From: an uncultured SAR116 cluster alpha proteobacterium
GTDB lineage: Bacteria > Pseudomonadota > Alphaproteobacteria > Puniceispirillales > Marisalimonadaceae
Assembly: GCA_902539895.1 (NCBI GenBank)
Contig: CACBMD010000003.1
Location: 8,015 to 72,014, forward strand
Reading direction: 5' to 3'
DNA length: 64,000 nt
In this document: piece after piece, positions 59,956 through 64,000 of the stretch
Position numbering within the stretch: the first letter of the stretch is position 1
Layout of the letters: each line of letters starts with the position of its first letter
Translations under genes and position numbers: made by a program
Notes under the pieces: generated by a model
The model's input: only the letters and a program-made list of their open reading frames with translations
What the model was told of the DNA's origin: nothing
The model's database searches: none

Positions 59956-60687
59956 TAACCTTAATGCTAAAAATATTAAAATAATCTGAAATATATAAAA
60001 AAATAATCTATTGCTAATTTTATCTAGTAAATACTGCCCAATTCTGCTTCCCAAAAGTGTAGCAGGTATCATTAACAAAAAAGTATCTATATATTCTAAA
60101 AATGAGAACCCAATTAGAGAGAACCCAATAATTTTTGTGAAGTTTCCGACTAACCCAAAATAACCTAAGGTTCCAACTATTGATTTTTTTTCGTTAATAC
60201 TTTGCTTAACAATTACAGCTAATAGAGGAGCAATAACACCTACAAGGATATTTAAAACACCTGTAAACAATCCTACGATATAATACCAATTCGATGATAT
60301 AATAAAATTTTTTATAAATTTAATATTTTGCAATATAAGTGCAATTATTATGAATGAACCAATTAGTTTTTTAATATCTTCTGCATTGATACTTTGAAAG
60401 ATCTCAAGACCTATATAGACACCTAAAGGTATCATAAGAGAAAATTTTAATATTATGCTCCATTTTACAAATTTTCTTAAAAGCCATGTCCTTGCAATGT
60501 TCGAAGTAAATTGAATTACACCATGAACTGGAATTGCTTCAGATGGATTCATGAATTGTAACATTGCAGCTAGTAGCACTGTGCCACCACCTGCTCCGGC
60601 AATAGATGTCATCATTGCTGTGAAAAATGAAAGTAAGGTAAGAAGTAGATTGTCATAAATAGATAATTCAAGCATTGTTAAATTCAA
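59944..60687 (-). CDS. TauE/SafE family membrane protein
   Basis: GAGGG, AIPVHGVIQ; ~8 TMs. Confidence 0.82.
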   Translation of the reverse strand: MNLTMLELSIYDNLLLTLLSFFTAMMTSIAGAGGGTVLLAAMLQFMNPSEAIPVHGVIQFTSNIARTWLLRKFVKWSIILKFSLMIPLGVYIGLEIFQSINAEDIKKLIGSFIIIALILQNIKFIKNFIISSNWYYIVGLFTGVLNILVGVIAPLLAVIVKQSINEKKSIVGTLGYFGLVGNFTKIIGFSLIGFSFLEYIDTFLLMIPATLLGSRIGQYLLDKISNRLFFYIFQIILIFLALRLLII

Positions 60688-60730
60688 ATGATTTTAAGAT
60701 AATTTATTCTTATACTTTTTTGATATTTAA

Positions 60731-60994
60731 TTGAATAAATTTTGTTTGAAGGGTCATCCTATTTTGAAGAAAAATACCGTAATATTATCTGTTAATAATG
60801 ATGAAGGACACTTATGCGTTGATATATTTATTAGAGAAAATAAAACTTTTGGTTTTGAAGAATATAGAAAAGATCCTGAAAATATTGATGGATGGTACAA
60901 AGTTGGAAATTACAGTGATAAAATATATAAGAACCAAAAAGAAGCCTATAAAAATGCATGCAAAAATATTTTGTGGTTAAAATATAAGAAATGA
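60731..60994 (+). CDS. Hypothetical protein
   Basis: CVDIFIR...FGFEEYRKDPE..GW; ATGA overlap with the next gene. Confidence 0.65.
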   Translation: MNKFCLKGHPILKKNTVILSVNNDEGHLCVDIFIRENKTFGFEEYRKDPENIDGWYKVGNYSDKIYKNQKEAYKNACKNILWLKYKK

Positions 60995-61887
60995 AGATAG
61001 TAAGCCTTTTCCCTGCAGGATCAGAAATAATATGTAATTTAGAGTTGTCAGACAACCTTGTCGCAGTAAGTCATGAATGTGATTATCCTCTTTTGTTGAA
61101 TAAAAAAATTAGAGTAACAAAAAGTATCATTACTAATAGTATGGATCAAAGAATGATTGATCAATTAGTTAAAAATGCGATTGAAAATAATGTTTTAATT
61201 TATGAAGTTGATAACAAAAAACTCCTTGAAATAAATCCAGACATAATTATCACACAAGGATTATGCGAAGTATGTTCAATCTCAGAAAATCAAGTTCAAG
61301 CTACTTTAAAAAATAATCTATGTACTTTAACAAGCAAAACTAAAATAATTTCGTTAAATGCTACAACATTTGAAGAAATTTGTTCTGAAATTAAAATGAT
61401 TGGTAGAGAAGTTAACAAAATTGAAATTGCTGAGAGACTAATTCAGGATGCTAATAATAAAAAAAATAATCTAATTAAAAAAAAATTTAATAAAAAACTT
61501 TTACTCCTAGAGTGGATTGATCCTTATTTTAGCCCTGGTCATTGGATACCAGAACAAATTGAGATAGCTGGTTTTCAATCTGTTGTGGGAAAGAAAGGTG
61601 AAAAGTCAGTAGAATTGTCTGCTGAAAAAATTAATGAACTTAATCCTGACTATATCGGCCTAATCTGTTGTGGTTACAATCTTGAAGAAAATAAATTTTT
61701 TGCAAAAAAGCTCTATCAAGATTCTAGAATTAATAATTTGGATGCTATTATAAACGAACAAGTATACGCTTTTGATTCTAATTCTTATTTTAGCAGACCA
61801 TCTTTAAGAATTATGGATGGAGCTGAACAACTAAGAGAGGCAATATTTTTTAAGAATAAAAATTATCATTGTAAAAGAACTTATTGA
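60991..61887 (+). CDS. BtuF-like (cobalamin/iron) binding-fold protein without signal peptide
   Basis: KIVSLFPAGSE, VSHECDYP, TQGLCEVC, GHWIPE, FSRPS. Confidence 0.8.
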   Translation: MKIVSLFPAGSEIICNLELSDNLVAVSHECDYPLLLNKKIRVTKSIITNSMDQRMIDQLVKNAIENNVLIYEVDNKKLLEINPDIIITQGLCEVCSISENQVQATLKNNLCTLTSKTKIISLNATTFEEICSEIKMIGREVNKIEIAERLIQDANNKKNNLIKKKFNKKLLLLEWIDPYFSPGHWIPEQIEIAGFQSVVGKKGEKSVELSAEKINELNPDYIGLICCGYNLEENKFFAKKLYQDSRINNLDAIINEQVYAFDSNSYFSRPSLRIMDGAEQLREAIFFKNKNYHCKRTY

Positions 61888-62675
61888 TATATTATTGGAA
61901 ACTCTTCACCAACAAGTTTGTCACCAGTTTTGAGCTTTATATTTTCAAAAGGCGGAGATCCCTTTCCTCCTCTATCTACAAAAAAAGCGTCATCCCCAAC
62001 AATCCTAGCTGAAAAAATTCTTCTTCTGCTTAATTTATTAACATTTTCAGAAGCCCCATGAAGTATTCTAAAATCAAACGCAATTGCATCACCAGCTTTT
62101 ATCTCCCAGCTTAAAATCTTGTAGTCATTTCTGTTTGCGTTAATGTCAGGAACTTCAATTGATTTATCATTTTCATATAAATCATTTCCGTTAAATCTTT
62201 TAGGTTTATGAAGAATATTAGACAAATGGGATCCTGCGATACATTCTAAACATCCTTTTTTTGAAATATCGTCTAGAGCTATCCAAAAACTTACTGATTG
62301 TTCTCCATCAACACAATAATAAGGTTTATCTTGGTGCCAGGGAGTTTTTATCGATGAACCAGGTTCTTTTACAAGAACATGATCATGGAAAAATATTGAA
62401 CTTTTAGAATTCATTAACAATGAAGCATAATAGCCTAAATTGGAGTTAAATATAAAATCATTAAATTCTGATATTCTGTTCCAATTTACTAAATCTTGAA
62501 AAAAGGGCGCAGTTCCATCTTCTGGTATATATGATCTTTCCCTAATGCTTGGGTTTGCAATTAATTTATCAACACCTATTCTTAATTTATCAACCCAATC
62601 AGAGAAAATTCCTTTACATAAAATTGCACCATCTTTTGTAAAATTTTCAATGTCATTATTATCTATAAACCCCAT
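61881..62675 (-). CDS. PhyH family dioxygenase
   Basis: TPWHQDKPYY, LHGA, RRIFS. Confidence 0.9.
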   Translation of the reverse strand: MGFIDNNDIENFTKDGAILCKGIFSDWVDKLRIGVDKLIANPSIRERSYIPEDGTAPFFQDLVNWNRISEFNDFIFNSNLGYYASLLMNSKSSIFFHDHVLVKEPGSSIKTPWHQDKPYYCVDGEQSVSFWIALDDISKKGCLECIAGSHLSNILHKPKRFNGNDLYENDKSIEVPDINANRNDYKILSWEIKAGDAIAFDFRILHGASENVNKLSRRRIFSARIVGDDAFFVDRGGKGSPPFENIKLKTGDKLVGEEFPIIYQ

Positions 62676-63321
62676 CCCATTCCTTTACAGCTTCTAATTT
62701 TCCATCTTTACCTAGTTTAGGTCTGTTTTTAGAGAAAGTGTTTTCTGAGCCTACTACACCATAGTCCATATACCCTAGTCTTACTAAAGGTCTCGCTGCG
62801 GAGGCATTAAACAGCCCGTCTTTAATAAACTTGTCATTAATATAAATTCCTACAACTTGTCCAAATATAACATAGTTACCTTTACCTAATTTCCTGTCTA
62901 CATTGGGCAAATCTATTGTTTTCCAATGCTTGCATTCAAGTGCAGCTGCAGCTTCAGAAACAAATGGTGCTGATACAAATTTACCAATTTGTGGCTTAAG
63001 TCCGGCTAATTCGAATTCATCGACCTCGGAACCTGCAGGGACAGAACTGCCATTCATATGATCAAATAAATCCTCTGTTGCTAATGAAACTGTAAAATCA
63101 CCAGTCTCTTCAATGTTTTTTACCGAATCTTTTATGTCAACTGAAGAAAACATAACGAAATGGGGTCGATCAGCAATTGCATTAAAGTAGCTATACGGTG
63201 CTAAATTATAAATACCAGCTTTTGAGCGACTTCCAATCCAACCTATTGGTCTAGGTGCAACTATTGCTTTAAATGGGTCATGTGGAAGATTATGTTCATT
63301 TTTAATAGTATCGTAGTGCAT
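62659..63321 (-). CDS. Flavin reductase-like FMN-binding protein
   Basis: PRPIGWI, NLAPYSYF, KDSVKNIEETG.F. Confidence 0.88.
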   Translation of the reverse strand: MHYDTIKNEHNLPHDPFKAIVAPRPIGWIGSRSKAGIYNLAPYSYFNAIADRPHFVMFSSVDIKDSVKNIEETGDFTVSLATEDLFDHMNGSSVPAGSEVDEFELAGLKPQIGKFVSAPFVSEAAAALECKHWKTIDLPNVDRKLGKGNYVIFGQVVGIYINDKFIKDGLFNASAARPLVRLGYMDYGVVGSENTFSKNRPKLGKDGKLEAVKEWDGVYR

Positions 63322-63417
63322 TTAAGTATCCAGTAATAATAAAAAGTTTATAATCAAATTAAACAATATAAATTAAAAGTATAGAATAAATTTTTTTAAC
63401 AAATGAAGTGTGAAATT

Positions 63418-64000
63418 ATGAATTTGAAAGAGATTAAAAATATTGGTTTTATTGGTTTAGGGGTTATGGGAAGTCCTATGTGCAAAAATTTACTTAAAAA
63501 TAAGAAATGGCACATTATTGTTCATGATTTAGATAATTCTAAAGAAAAAGAATTAGAAAAAAATGGAGCTTCAATTGCAAAAAATCTTAATGAATTATTT
63601 AATATAGCAGATATGATCATTACCTGTTTACCTGGAGGTGATTTCGTAAGAGAAATCTATCTTGGAGAAAAGAAAATAGTATCTGAAATAAACCCAGATA
63701 AATTGATTATCGATATGTCTACTTCTCAACCAGATTTAATGATTGAGCTAAACAAACTAATAACAAAAAAAGGTTCATTCTTTGCTGATGCGCCTATAGC
63801 CAGAACAAGGCAGGCCGCTAAAGATGGAACACTGGCAATTATGGTAGGCTCTAAAAAACAAGTTTATAATAGGATATTTCCTATTTTGGAATATATTGGA
63901 AAAGATATTATGCATTGTGGTGATGTAGGGACAGGTCAAATGACTAAAATTTTAAATAATATGATACTATTTGAAACAGTTGTTGCGCTCTCAGAAGCTG
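63418..64000 (+). CDS. 3-hydroxyisobutyrate dehydrogenase / tartronate semialdehyde reductase family, runs off the right edge
   Basis: Manual translation: IGFIGLGVMG, DMST, DAPIAR, GTLAIMVG, KILNN. Confidence 0.9.
   Translation, partial: MNLKEIKNIGFIGLGVMGSPMCKNLLKNKKWHIIVHDLDNSKEKELEKNGASIAKNLNELFNIADMIITCLPGGDFVREIYLGEKKIVSEINPDKLIIDMSTSQPDLMIELNKLITKKGSFFADAPIARTRQAAKDGTLAIMVGSKKQVYNRIFPILEYIGKDIMHCGDVGTGQMTKILNNMILFETVVALSEA

Overview
AT-rich, gene-dense bacterial DNA. Gene content suggests a streamlined marine alphaproteobacterium (inference only). Most of the window is catabolic or housekeeping: a peptide-type ABC transporter with an M20 amidohydrolase, six Fe(II)/2-oxoglutarate dioxygenases (2 TauD, 4 PhyH), SDRs, a thiolase, YbbAP-TesA, MATE, MFS, MsrA, HPF, Hsp20 and two tRNA-Arg genes. 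Two accessory regions stand out. (1) A ~1.9 kb integrase-less islet at tRNA-Arg(UCG), bounded by a 14-bp duplication of the tRNA 3' end, with tandem 12-bp repeats resembling integrase arm sites inside both ends. (2) A ~20.7 kb locus (14090-34789) of about 20 mostly unannotatable envelope genes. It encodes a divergent ExbB/MotA-like plus ExbD-like pair, CsgG/FlgT-like exported proteins, a lytic transglycosylase, a lipoprotein, a glycine-zipper protein and a decayed endonuclease I that shares a C-terminal motif with another locus protein. It also encodes a membrane-anchored Lon-like protease followed in the chromosome by two orphan genes, and three of its operons share a promoter-like motif. This locus is the best candidate for an undescribed system. 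All family calls are by-eye motif recognition; no searches were run.
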